Shown: positions 1 through 6,981 of the stretch, one piece after another
Position numbering within the stretch: the stretch's first letter is position 1
How the letters are laid out: each line of letters opens with the position of its first letter
Source: an uncultured Nitrososphaerota archaeon
GTDB lineage: Archaea > Korarchaeota > Korarchaeia > Korarchaeales > Korarchaeaceae
DNA: 32,000 nucleotides
Assembly (NCBI GenBank): GCA_964480775.1
Contig: CAYZRF010000006.1
Span: forward strand, 30,001 to 62,000
Reading direction: 5' to 3'
Made by a program: the position numbers and the translations under genes
The notes under the pieces: generated by a model
Told to the model about the DNA's origin: nothing
Databases searched by the model: none
The model's input: the letters and a program-made list of their open reading frames with translations, nothing else

Positions 1-651
1 TACGAGATTGGTAAGGCACTAAAAATGCCTGAATCGACAGTATATACGGCCTTAAAGTTTCTAGAAAGAAGAGGGTTTGTGACTTTTATTGAAGAGGAAA
101 AAGCAGGACCATTAAAAAAGAAAATATATAGACTAACTCCAAAGGGTCTGCAAGAAGCTTTGAGTTATATACCTCGGGAAAAAGAGGTTTGGGATAACGA
201 ACTCCTCCGAGAGCTGATTTCTCGTGAAAGTGGAGTTCCCTTTGAGTCCTTGAAGTTCAAAAAAGACCGACTCTTAGAAAATTGGGATGTAATAATGGGA
301 ATCATTAGAAAAAAGTACAGAGAAATGTGTCCAATCATCTTTGATAATTGGGATCTAATCTCTAAACATCTTGATCTTAGTAGAGGCGAGTTCCTTGATA
401 ACCTCTTCTACTCCTACAAAGACCCCAAAGAGCGAACGATTGCTTCCTTCCAAGAGTATTTCTTTGTTTCTTTAGTTATTAAGCCATCAGAAGAAGAAAA
501 AACGAGAATTGAAAAATTCTTGAAGGAAGCTAGTGAGATAAAGCCTTTGAAAGACATCCTTACTATAGCATTTAAAGAATTAGAGGAGCGTGTAGAGAGG
601 TCCTTAGAAGATATCAAAAAAATAAAGACCCGTCTTTCACAAAGCCCCTAA
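1..651 (+). CDS. PadR-like winged-helix transcriptional regulator; 5' end runs off the window
   Basis: Frame 1 is open from base 1 (YEIGKALK precedes the listed Met at 25). The segment PESTVYTALKFLERRGFVTFIEEEKAGPLKKKIYRLTPKGL fits the PadR-type recognition helix plus wing. A long helical C-terminal extension follows. A T6 tract sits directly after the stop. Confidence 0.6.
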   Translation, partial: YEIGKALKMPESTVYTALKFLERRGFVTFIEEEKAGPLKKKIYRLTPKGLQEALSYIPREKEVWDNELLRELISRESGVPFESLKFKKDRLLENWDVIMGIIRKKYREMCPIIFDNWDLISKHLDLSRGEFLDNLFYSYKDPKERTIASFQEYFFVSLVIKPSEEEKTRIEKFLKEASEIKPLKDILTIAFKELEERVERSLEDIKKIKTRLSQSP

Positions 652-830
652 CCATTTTTTCGAATCAGAAGAGGATTCAAATCCTTACCAAGAGAATCCA
701 CAGCATCGAAAGAAAAACACTCCAAAGGCGTTTTCGTGTTAGGACATGCCCCATGACCTATCTAACTTAGATAGGACCACTTCCCATAGCCCATGTTCCT
801 TAAATATGACTTCCGAAGGTGCACTTGGTT

Positions 831-844
831 TACTTTTTGCACCA
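831..844. repeat. 14-nt exact direct repeat TACTTTTTGCACCA, copy 1
   Basis: Read directly from the sequence. It is identical to 1344-1357. ACCAAGTG-like motifs lie next to both copies. Confidence 0.9.
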
Positions 845-984
845 CTTTGTGAAGTTTGTATCCTTGAAGATACCATCTCAAGCCTTGATCTCGAACCTAA
901 AAGAACAGATTTGAACCCTCTGAAGCTTGGATCTCTTAATGGCTTGTAACCATCCCACAAAAGGATAATAGGTTTTATCTGGCC

Positions 985-1335
985 TGCTTAATGCCCTCCC
1001 AAGCCTTAGAGGAGTGAGGAAGAAAGTCCGAGCACGACGGACATCGAGCCCTTCCCTCCCGGTCTATAAGCTGGGGTTCGATTACAAGGCCTAGGATCCG
1101 AGTTCATGCGACTTCCGATTGTGTACAAAGTACGCTACAATCATAACGATACCCACGAACCCCTGAGAACTACCCCAAATCTCGAACCTCCTTCGCCTTG
1201 CGGATCGTGTTGTAAACAGCCAAGTCCTAAACCCTCCCGGCTTCTCTTCACCTTTTCGCAAGAGGATCCAAGCCCTGTAAAAGGGGAAATAAGGGGAGGA
1301 TAAACGTCGCAGGGGATAGCCCTTATTTCCTAAAC
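985..1335. ncRNA. Candidate structured non-coding RNA (GC-rich block, identity unresolved; approximate ends)
   Basis: By hand count 1001-1320 is about 52% G+C, in an otherwise visibly AT-richer window. There is no credible ORF; the only one is a Pro-rich 65-aa artefact. Helices seen: 11-bp perfect hairpin 1285-1295/1320-1330; 9-bp long-range helix 1073-1081/1182-1190; nested hairpin 1117-1142; hairpin 1026-1030/1038-1042. CCCTCCC occurs three times. Confidence 0.4.
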
Positions 1336-1343
1336 ACCAAGTG

Positions 1344-1357
1344 TACTTTTTGCACCA
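1344..1357. repeat. 14-nt exact direct repeat TACTTTTTGCACCA, copy 2
   Basis: Identical to 831-844. It lies immediately 3' of the GC-rich block. Confidence 0.9.
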
Positions 1358-1675
1358 AGTTCCATTTCTTTAAAATTTCGTAATAAGGGTACCCCAACCC
1401 CTATTTTCAACGGATGCTAGCGTCAGAGAGTTGTTCTTGTGCCAACCTTTCTGTGGTTTTTTCCAAAACCCCCGGGCCGCCGAGCGAAGATCTTCGAAAC
1501 AACCGACAAAATAGGGAAAAGAGAGAGGAGAGTGAAGAATAAAACCGCGGGAGGATGCCTCGATTTTTCTCCGATTTTCTCCAACCCCTCCTCATGTTTT
1601 CATAGAAAACTTTTAGAGAATAACCTATTTATTGGACGTGAAAATAAATATATAGAAGATTGGAAGGATGTGAAA

Positions 1676-2125
1676 ATGATGAGCAGCAAGGGAGTGAGTC
1701 TCAAACGCTCCCTAATCCTCTGGTTGGTAAGAGAGTTCGAGAAGATGTTTGATAGGGGAATTACGGTAACTAGGCTAATGAAGCTTCTATACATGATAGA
1801 TGTCCGTCTAAAGAGTCTTGGTTTACCAACAACGAATATCAGATGGATTAGGTTTTGGTATGGTCCCTTTTCCGATGAAGTCATAGATCTGATAGAAGGA
1901 ATGGTCAAAGATAAGTCTTTAAGGAAGGAATATATCCCCTACGAAACCAAACTAATTAAAATCCTACATACTAAAGAGAATGTTAAACTGGACTCTAAAG
2001 TAGAACCCATAGCTCGCGAGGTATTGAAGGAACTTGGAGATCTTGAGTTCAATAAATTACTCGAGAAAGTCTACTCAACCTTTGATGAGAATAGAGTAGA
2101 TATAGGGGAGGAGTTGTTGGTTTGA
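1676..2125 (+). CDS. Panacea/DUF4065 (SocA/GepA-like) domain protein, putative antitoxin-type component
   Basis: ITVTRLMKLLYMIDVRLKSLGLPTTNIRWIRFWYGPFSDEVIDLIEGMV fits the L-x-KLLY...W..GP..(E)V signature of DUF4065. The in-frame ATG at 1676 is preceded by AGGATGTGA (SD-like) and an AAATAAATATATA TATA-like element. I regard the track's extension back to 1439 as non-coding. Confidence 0.75.
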   Translation: MMSSKGVSLKRSLILWLVREFEKMFDRGITVTRLMKLLYMIDVRLKSLGLPTTNIRWIRFWYGPFSDEVIDLIEGMVKDKSLRKEYIPYETKLIKILHTKENVKLDSKVEPIAREVLKELGDLEFNKLLEKVYSTFDENRVDIGEELLV

Positions 2126-2514
2126 ACGTAAGTATGGATTTGGAGGAGATTGTAAAGAGTACAAAAGAAAGAGTAATTCGAGGGGAAGAGATACCCAGCC
2201 TAGAAGAGCTCTCCTTTCCTAAAAAAACACCTTCTTTGAAGGTAATAATGGGACTACTTGAAGATGTTGTTTCCGTTACTGAGGAGATATCAAGTGCGCC
2301 ACCATCTCTTGAGTTAAACCTGAGAACGATAAAGGGATTATTAAAAGAAGCCAAAGGTAATGAAAAGATAAATAAGAGGGTCTTTTTTACTTACGTTCTC
2401 GCTGTTGCTATTTTAGAAAGTATATTGAGTAAAGAAATAAGGGGTCTTGACCGCTATCTAAAACGGCTTAATGAAGAGGTGATCTCTATCGCAGAGGCCC
2501 TCTCACCAGAATGA
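2122..2514 (+). CDS. Hypothetical protein (ORFan), candidate partner of the Panacea-domain protein
   Basis: The TTG start overlaps the upstream TGA stop (TTGA). GGAGGAG lies about 9 nt upstream. An alternative ATG is at 2134. The protein looks helical and has no His. It has one hydrophobic stretch, VFFTYVLAVAILESIL. I recognise no domain. Confidence 0.5.
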   Translation: MNVSMDLEEIVKSTKERVIRGEEIPSLEELSFPKKTPSLKVIMGLLEDVVSVTEEISSAPPSLELNLRTIKGLLKEAKGNEKINKRVFFTYVLAVAILESILSKEIRGLDRYLKRLNEEVISIAEALSPE

Positions 2515-2542
2515 TATCACTGTACTGGATACTTATTTCTAC

Positions 2543-3193
2543 ATGAACCCTATAGCCTTAAGTAATCTAAACTTTAGAAGAAGAAAAGTAATCTTCCTAG
2601 AAAATTTTCAACTTCTTCCAATAAAGAGGAATTTATTAGACGTTTCACAAAAACTTGTTCTTGATTGGCAGAGTCGTTTAATAAGATGTCCCAAAATAAA
2701 ATTTTCTACTGTTACCCACGGCTTAACTGGAGAAGAGCTTTTTGGAGCCATGTTCTTGGCCAGATCTATTAGCAATGAGAAAATCCCTAGACTTCTCAGT
2801 GGAAGTACAAAACTGAATTTGACCAGAGAAAGGGTTGGGATTCTAAGGGAAGAGACTCCTTGGACAAAACAGGAATTGATAAAATGCTTTTTAACAGATT
2901 TAATATGTCAAATCTTAGATAGTTATCTTAAATTCGAGAAAGTCGCTCAAGAGAGTCGAGAATTAATCCAACAAAAAGAAAGAGAATTCTCTTATCAATT
3001 TTGTAGCCGCTCATGTCCAAAAAATAGAAGCTCTCCAGAAAATGAGGATCTTAAACTGGCAATGGCCTGCAGGAGGCTTGTAGGGAGCGTAAAAGTCCAT
3101 GTAATTCCTAACAAAAAAGAGTGTTTTGGTTGTTTGTTGGAGTTCTTAACAGGGAGCCATCCAGATTGGCAGCACATTCAGGTCGTTCGCTGA
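2543..3193 (+). CDS. Hypothetical protein (ORFan)
   Basis: A 216-aa ATG-initiated ORF on the same strand, 28 nt after the previous gene. It is Cys/Gln/His-richer than its neighbours. It has no recognisable motif and no clear SD. Confidence 0.4.
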   Translation: MNPIALSNLNFRRRKVIFLENFQLLPIKRNLLDVSQKLVLDWQSRLIRCPKIKFSTVTHGLTGEELFGAMFLARSISNEKIPRLLSGSTKLNLTRERVGILREETPWTKQELIKCFLTDLICQILDSYLKFEKVAQESRELIQQKEREFSYQFCSRSCPKNRSSPENEDLKLAMACRRLVGSVKVHVIPNKKECFGCLLEFLTGSHPDWQHIQVVR

Positions 3194-3521
3194 ACCTCCT
3201 CTAAACAGATGATGATTTTCAAACCTTTTAATCCCAAAAACGAAGGTCATCGGGGTTTTAATTATTACCTCGAATCGTAGATTATAGCATTATCTTTACC
3301 ATTACTCAACAACTTTGGAAAAATTAAATATGTTGCCCCGATTACCATAAACCCAAGTGTTAGTATTCTGCTCCCGAATGTATGGAAGTACGGAATACGA
3401 ACATAAGGAAGGCGAATTTCCTTGACCACTTTGTACCTGGAAAAGTGAAGATCATAGGATCCATCTATTTAGCTATAATGGATCCTCAGGACCCTTTGTT
3501 TTCGAAATATTAACCGATGAA

Positions 3522-3656
3522 ATGGATCCTATGGAAACATTGATTTCTGAGGATCTCAATAAGCCAAAAAGAGTGAACTTCCCAAGACTTGAAAAAGAAG
3601 CCATTAGAGTTCTCTTTGAACATAAGACAAAGGAGCTTCAAGATTGGAGCCGGTAA
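3522..3656 (+). CDS. Possible 44-aa small protein (MDPMETLISEDLNKPKRVNFPRLEKEAIRVLFEHKTKELQDWSR)
   Basis: An ATG ORF below the track cutoff. It is followed by an 8-bp hairpin (3671-3678/3689-3696) embedded in a T-rich tract. There is no homology evidence. Confidence 0.2.
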   Translation: MDPMETLISEDLNKPKRVNFPRLEKEAIRVLFEHKTKELQDWSR

Positions 3657-3814
3657 TTGAAGAGAGGCTTTTCCTTTTCTCCTATAATAAAAGGAAGCTC
3701 CTTCAAAATAGACAGGATGGACCCTGAGATGTTGGCCTGTCTCGGTATCTTGCCATGGTTACCCCTTGCACCCTTAGGCACCAAAGTCAAGGATGGAAGG
3801 TCTTCTCATCATAG

Positions 3815-4966
3815 CTAGGTTGGTCCCTCCTCTTTCTCCAATACCATCTCTAGAGCTTCCCTAAGCTTGGCTCTGGCTTTTTTATTCTTCAAAATGCGCT
3901 CCATTAACTCATCAATCGTCTCTTCTATTGGCCTTATCTTCTCCCTGGCCTCCGCAGTAAGGGGATAGCCGCATTTCAAACAGAACATGGAATCGGAAGG
4001 GTTGATGAAGCCGCAGTCAGGACAAACTCTAGGTTCAAGAGCCCTCTCTTCCTCTTCCCTTATCTCCTTCAGCCCTAGAACCTTTCCAAGCACGGCATTC
4101 TCAACGTCCCTTCCTGATAAGTGAACATAAACAGAGGCCATCCTCGAATCCCTCGTCCAGCCGGCAAATAGCTTAAGTTCCTGCTCCGTGAGCTTCTTTG
4201 CAAGCTCCGTTAGCCTTGTATGCCTTAACATGTGAGGATGAACCCCTTTCAGCCCTGCTCTTTCCCCAGCCCTCTTGACTAACGTTCCCACGGCCGTCCT
4301 AGTAAGCTTTATTCCCTTCCTCCCAGGGAAGAGCCAGTTCTCGGGCCTTGGATCGGGATGTATTTGAAGCCAAGCCCTCAGGTATGGAACAGAGTCGTGA
4401 AGAGGGATCACGCGCTCTCCGGTCTTGCCCTTTATCCTTATCCTTAATCCGTAATCTGTGAACTCCAGATCTTTAATCCTCAAAGAGCAAAGCTCTCCAG
4501 CCCTAATGGCAGATTCGTACAGTAAGGCTATTATGGCCTTGCTCTTCGTGTTCCTACATCCCTTTATTAGAGCCTTGATCTCCTCCGGAGAAAGTATCTT
4601 ATCCCTTAAATTCGTCTCCTTTTTCTCCTTGATTATGAGATCCCACGCTTTGGGTAGTTCCCCTCCATTAAGCCATCTTACGAAGCTCCTGAACCTGTTA
4701 AAGTAAACAGAGGCAGAGCTTCTCCCGACCTCATTGAGCATACCCTTAAAGAAGTTCCTGACTTGGTTTCTATTTGCCTGAAGAGGAGGTCTCCCAACTA
4801 TCGAGCTATATCGTTTTGAAGCTTGAACATAGATGAATTTTGTGTGAGAACTAAGTCCTTTCTCAACAAAATAGTTTCTTAAGGGGTCTGAAAGCCAGGT
4901 CGGGAGTTCTTCCAAAATTTGGGTTGTGAGCCTCTCTTTCCTTGCTTTCTCCCTGTCCTCGGACAT
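3815..4966 (-). CDS. Tyrosine recombinase/integrase (phage-integrase family) with C-terminal zinc ribbon
   Basis: An N-terminal SAM-like core-binding domain is present. Catalytic pattern: ESAIRAGE (Arg), IKGKTGER (Lys), HPHMLRHTR (His-x-x-Arg), GWT, ASVYVHL (Tyr). A CPDCG-x10-CLKCG zinc ribbon is at residues 315-336, followed by a charged helix. Confidence 0.9.
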   Translation of the reverse strand: MSEDREKARKERLTTQILEELPTWLSDPLRNYFVEKGLSSHTKFIYVQASKRYSSIVGRPPLQANRNQVRNFFKGMLNEVGRSSASVYFNRFRSFVRWLNGGELPKAWDLIIKEKKETNLRDKILSPEEIKALIKGCRNTKSKAIIALLYESAIRAGELCSLRIKDLEFTDYGLRIRIKGKTGERVIPLHDSVPYLRAWLQIHPDPRPENWLFPGRKGIKLTRTAVGTLVKRAGERAGLKGVHPHMLRHTRLTELAKKLTEQELKLFAGWTRDSRMASVYVHLSGRDVENAVLGKVLGLKEIREEEERALEPRVCPDCGFINPSDSMFCLKCGYPLTAEAREKIRPIEETIDELMERILKNKKARAKLREALEMVLEKEEGPT

Positions 4967-4987
4967 TAAGGAATTATCCGATCAAGG

Positions 4988-4996
4988 TTTATAAAA
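4988..4996 (-). promoter_or_regulatory. TATA-like element (TTTTATAAA on minus strand) for the integrase, implying a leaderless or very short-leader mRNA
   Basis: The element is centred about 26 nt upstream of the integrase ATG (4966). There is no SD in between. Only 48 nt separate the integrase start from the tfs stop. Confidence 0.35.
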
Positions 4997-5014
4997 TGTA
5001 TAGAATACTAACAA

Positions 5015-5335
5015 TTAACTAAATTCTCTCCAAGAATAGCCACACTTTGTGCATAAATATATCCGAGTAGGGGGCTCATCAGCACTCCTAGTCTGTACCA
5101 TCTGAAAATAAGCCTTGGAATTTCCGCACTTAGGACAAACTTTCGTAACAACAGGTGAACTCAATAAATCTTCCTTAATTATAGGAGTTTCCTCTGATGA
5201 ACTGCTAGAAACGCTGCTAACTATATTGACTAACTTACCACCTTCTCCTTCATACCCGCAAACTGGACATTTGAAAACAATATTTTCTTTCTTTTTTCCC
5301 GGAGTCATCAGAGAACCGCATTTAGGGCATATCAA
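5015..5335 (-). CDS. tfs: Transcription factor S (TFIIS-type cleavage factor / RpoM-like)
   Basis: The N-terminal zinc ribbon is CPKCG...CPVCG. The C-terminal ribbon is CPKCG...QTRSADEPPTRIYLCTKCG..W, carrying the acidic DE hairpin. Confidence 0.85.
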   Translation of the reverse strand: MICPKCGSLMTPGKKKENIVFKCPVCGYEGEGGKLVNIVSSVSSSSSEETPIIKEDLLSSPVVTKVCPKCGNSKAYFQMVQTRSADEPPTRIYLCTKCGYSWREFS

Positions 5336-5415
5336 GATTTAACCCCCAGGTGTAACGACACATCCCAAATATATTAATTAGCTCGATGGCAAAACTACCT
5401 CATAAGGGTTAGGAA

Positions 5416-5952
5416 TTGAAAGTTATAAGAGGAGTCGCAGGAAGGGTAGGAAGAAGAAAACAGCTGGCAGTGATCGTTGATGGCCCAAACATCCTTAGAA
5501 AAGAGCTTGGACTTGACTTAGAGGAAATCCGAAAGATATCAGAGAGCATGGGTAGAGTTAGAAAAGCTGTTGTCGTACTAAATAGACAGGCGCCAGAAAA
5601 ATTGGTGGAAGCTGTAGCCAACGCTGGATTTGATGTAAAAATCTCTTTTGGAAAGCCCGAAGTGGATTTCACAATCGCCGCCATGGAAGCAGCTTTTACG
5701 GACAAGATACAAACCCTTATCTTAGCAACTAGGAGTGCAGCTTACCTTCCTATAATTCACAAAATTAAAGAGATAGGAAAAGAAGTCGTTGTAATTGGTG
5801 CAGAGCCTGGTTTCAGTGTAGCATTGAAGAAAGCGGCCGATCTATCTCTAGCCCTTGGAGAAAGTTCTTCTAAGTCCTCCAATACCAGAGATCAAAGACA
5901 AGACAATACCAGAAAAGCTAAAAGACACAAGAACGCTAAGAAAGAAGGCTAG
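5416..5952 (+). CDS. NYN/LabA-like domain protein (COG1432-like)
   Basis: LAVIVDGPNIL near the N-terminus and a Rossmann-like ILATRSAAYLPIIHKIKEIGKEVVVIG segment. The usual acidic SGDSDF-type motif appears replaced by ATRSAAY. The start is TTG. The basic low-complexity tail overlaps the convergent gene. Confidence 0.5.
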   Translation: MKVIRGVAGRVGRRKQLAVIVDGPNILRKELGLDLEEIRKISESMGRVRKAVVVLNRQAPEKLVEAVANAGFDVKISFGKPEVDFTIAAMEAAFTDKIQTLILATRSAAYLPIIHKIKEIGKEVVVIGAEPGFSVALKKAADLSLALGESSSKSSNTRDQRQDNTRKAKRHKNAKKEG

Positions 5953-6936
5953 CGAGCCATACTCCCCTATTAGATAAAGACCGAGAGCGTAGAAGATAAT
6001 CCACAAAGAAATGACAGAAGCCATTGAGAAAATCTTTAGGAGGAGTTCTTGACGCCTTCTTAAACAATATGCTTCTATTATGCCGCCCGATACCATTAAG
6101 ATCATAAATATTGTTATGAGAGAAGAAGAGTCGACGATCACTTTTCCAAATAACTTTGAAGGATTTAATTCAATAATTGACTTTGATATTAGCATGTATT
6201 CTCTAAAGAAGGTGTATCCAATGCCAATAAGCCCTATCCAGAAAGAGATTTTTCCTAATTTTTTCCCAAAAACTTCAGGGAGCCCACCAAGCCTCTTCTT
6301 AAGGGAGAAACCTCTTTCCATTAATAAAATTCCTAGAAAACCTCCTAACGCAGACCACATATATTTCTGAAGGTTAAAAACAGAAAGAACTGATGTTATC
6401 AAGATCACGGCGCCAGGAACGCCGAAAATATATGCCCTTGTTCCAGGGCTCTCTAATAATTTCTTTAAGTATCTTCTCAAAAGGAAGTAGGTTTCTTCTA
6501 ACTCTCTGCTTTGTTGTACAATAATTCTTCTGACAAAAACTCTAGGAAAGAAGCTATGAAGAAGGGGGAGAACTCTCTCGTCATCTGCCCCATCTGAAAC
6601 TAAAATTGCAAGATCTGCCTTGAACTCACTTGTGATTTCAATTAGTTGTCGCTCAACCTCCGCATCAGCATAGTTCTCACTTCTAGAGTCGCCAGTTATC
6701 GTTGCAACCTGCACCTCAGCGCCTTTATACTGTTGTAAGGCCCTATCATACTCTCGGACCGCCCCAAATATAGCGTTTGCATCTGCCTCCTCAGGATCTA
6801 CAGATAGAAGCTTAACTCCAGCTTCTACACAAGCTTCCCTCCCAATTACTGGACCCTTAATCCCAGCTTTATCAGTAAGATCCGCATCTCTATCGACGCA
6901 AAGAACAAGAATCTTCCTAACTGGGGAGGTAGACAT
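5848..6936 (-). CDS. Archaeal membrane protein with N-terminal soluble domain (DUF373-like)
   Basis: ILVLCVDRDADLTDKAGIKGPVIGRE is an N-terminal domain typical of this archaeal family as I recall it. About six hydrophobic helices follow. Confidence 0.55.
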   Translation of the reverse strand: MSTSPVRKILVLCVDRDADLTDKAGIKGPVIGREACVEAGVKLLSVDPEEADANAIFGAVREYDRALQQYKGAEVQVATITGDSRSENYADAEVERQLIEITSEFKADLAILVSDGADDERVLPLLHSFFPRVFVRRIIVQQSRELEETYFLLRRYLKKLLESPGTRAYIFGVPGAVILITSVLSVFNLQKYMWSALGGFLGILLMERGFSLKKRLGGLPEVFGKKLGKISFWIGLIGIGYTFFREYMLISKSIIELNPSKLFGKVIVDSSSLITIFMILMVSGGIIEAYCLRRRQELLLKIFSMASVISLWIIFYALGLYLIGEYGSLAFFLSVLVSFSFSGIVLSLISGIGGLRRTFSKG

Positions 6937-6981
6937 ACACCAGCCTCTATTTGTTTAGATCAAAACGTTATTAAAAAAGAT

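Larger units (their letters stand above)
652..5014. mobile_element. Putative integrated element / genomic island remnant (boundaries not defined)
   Basis: The region holds an intact integrase, a Panacea-domain gene, ORFans, large ORF-poor stretches and short exact repeats. It sits between housekeeping-type genes. No att repeats or bordering tRNA were found. Confidence 0.4.

Noticed and set aside
671-684. AGGATTCAAATCCT, which resembles a tRNA T-arm and so a possible tRNA-fragment att site at the island's left edge.
   Set aside because: It folds only as a 5-bp stem with a 4-nt loop, not a 5-bp stem with a 7-nt T-loop. No acceptor-stem complement follows. It does not match the T-arm of the only tRNA in the window.
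739-960. Two mutually antisense ORFs (67 aa and 73 aa) in the left part of the island.
   Set aside because: Neither has protein-like composition, an SD or a motif, and both are short. The region shares short motifs with the GC-rich block, so it looks non-coding or decayed. I did not call a gene.
1439-1675. A 79-codon N-terminal extension of the Panacea-domain ORF in the track.
   Set aside because: The extension starts at a non-ATG codon and reads as non-protein-like sequence (FLWFFPKPPGRRAK...). It also contains the likely TATA box and SD for the ATG at 1676. DUF4065 proteins are about 150 aa.
3358-5013. A 12-nt inverted repeat, TGTTAGTATTCT (3358-3369) / AGAATACTAACA (5002-5013), flanking the integrase.
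   Set aside because: A single AT-rich 12-mer match within a 2-kb neighbourhood is near chance expectation. Tyrosine-recombinase elements do not use terminal inverted repeats. I record it only in case genome-wide comparison gives it meaning.
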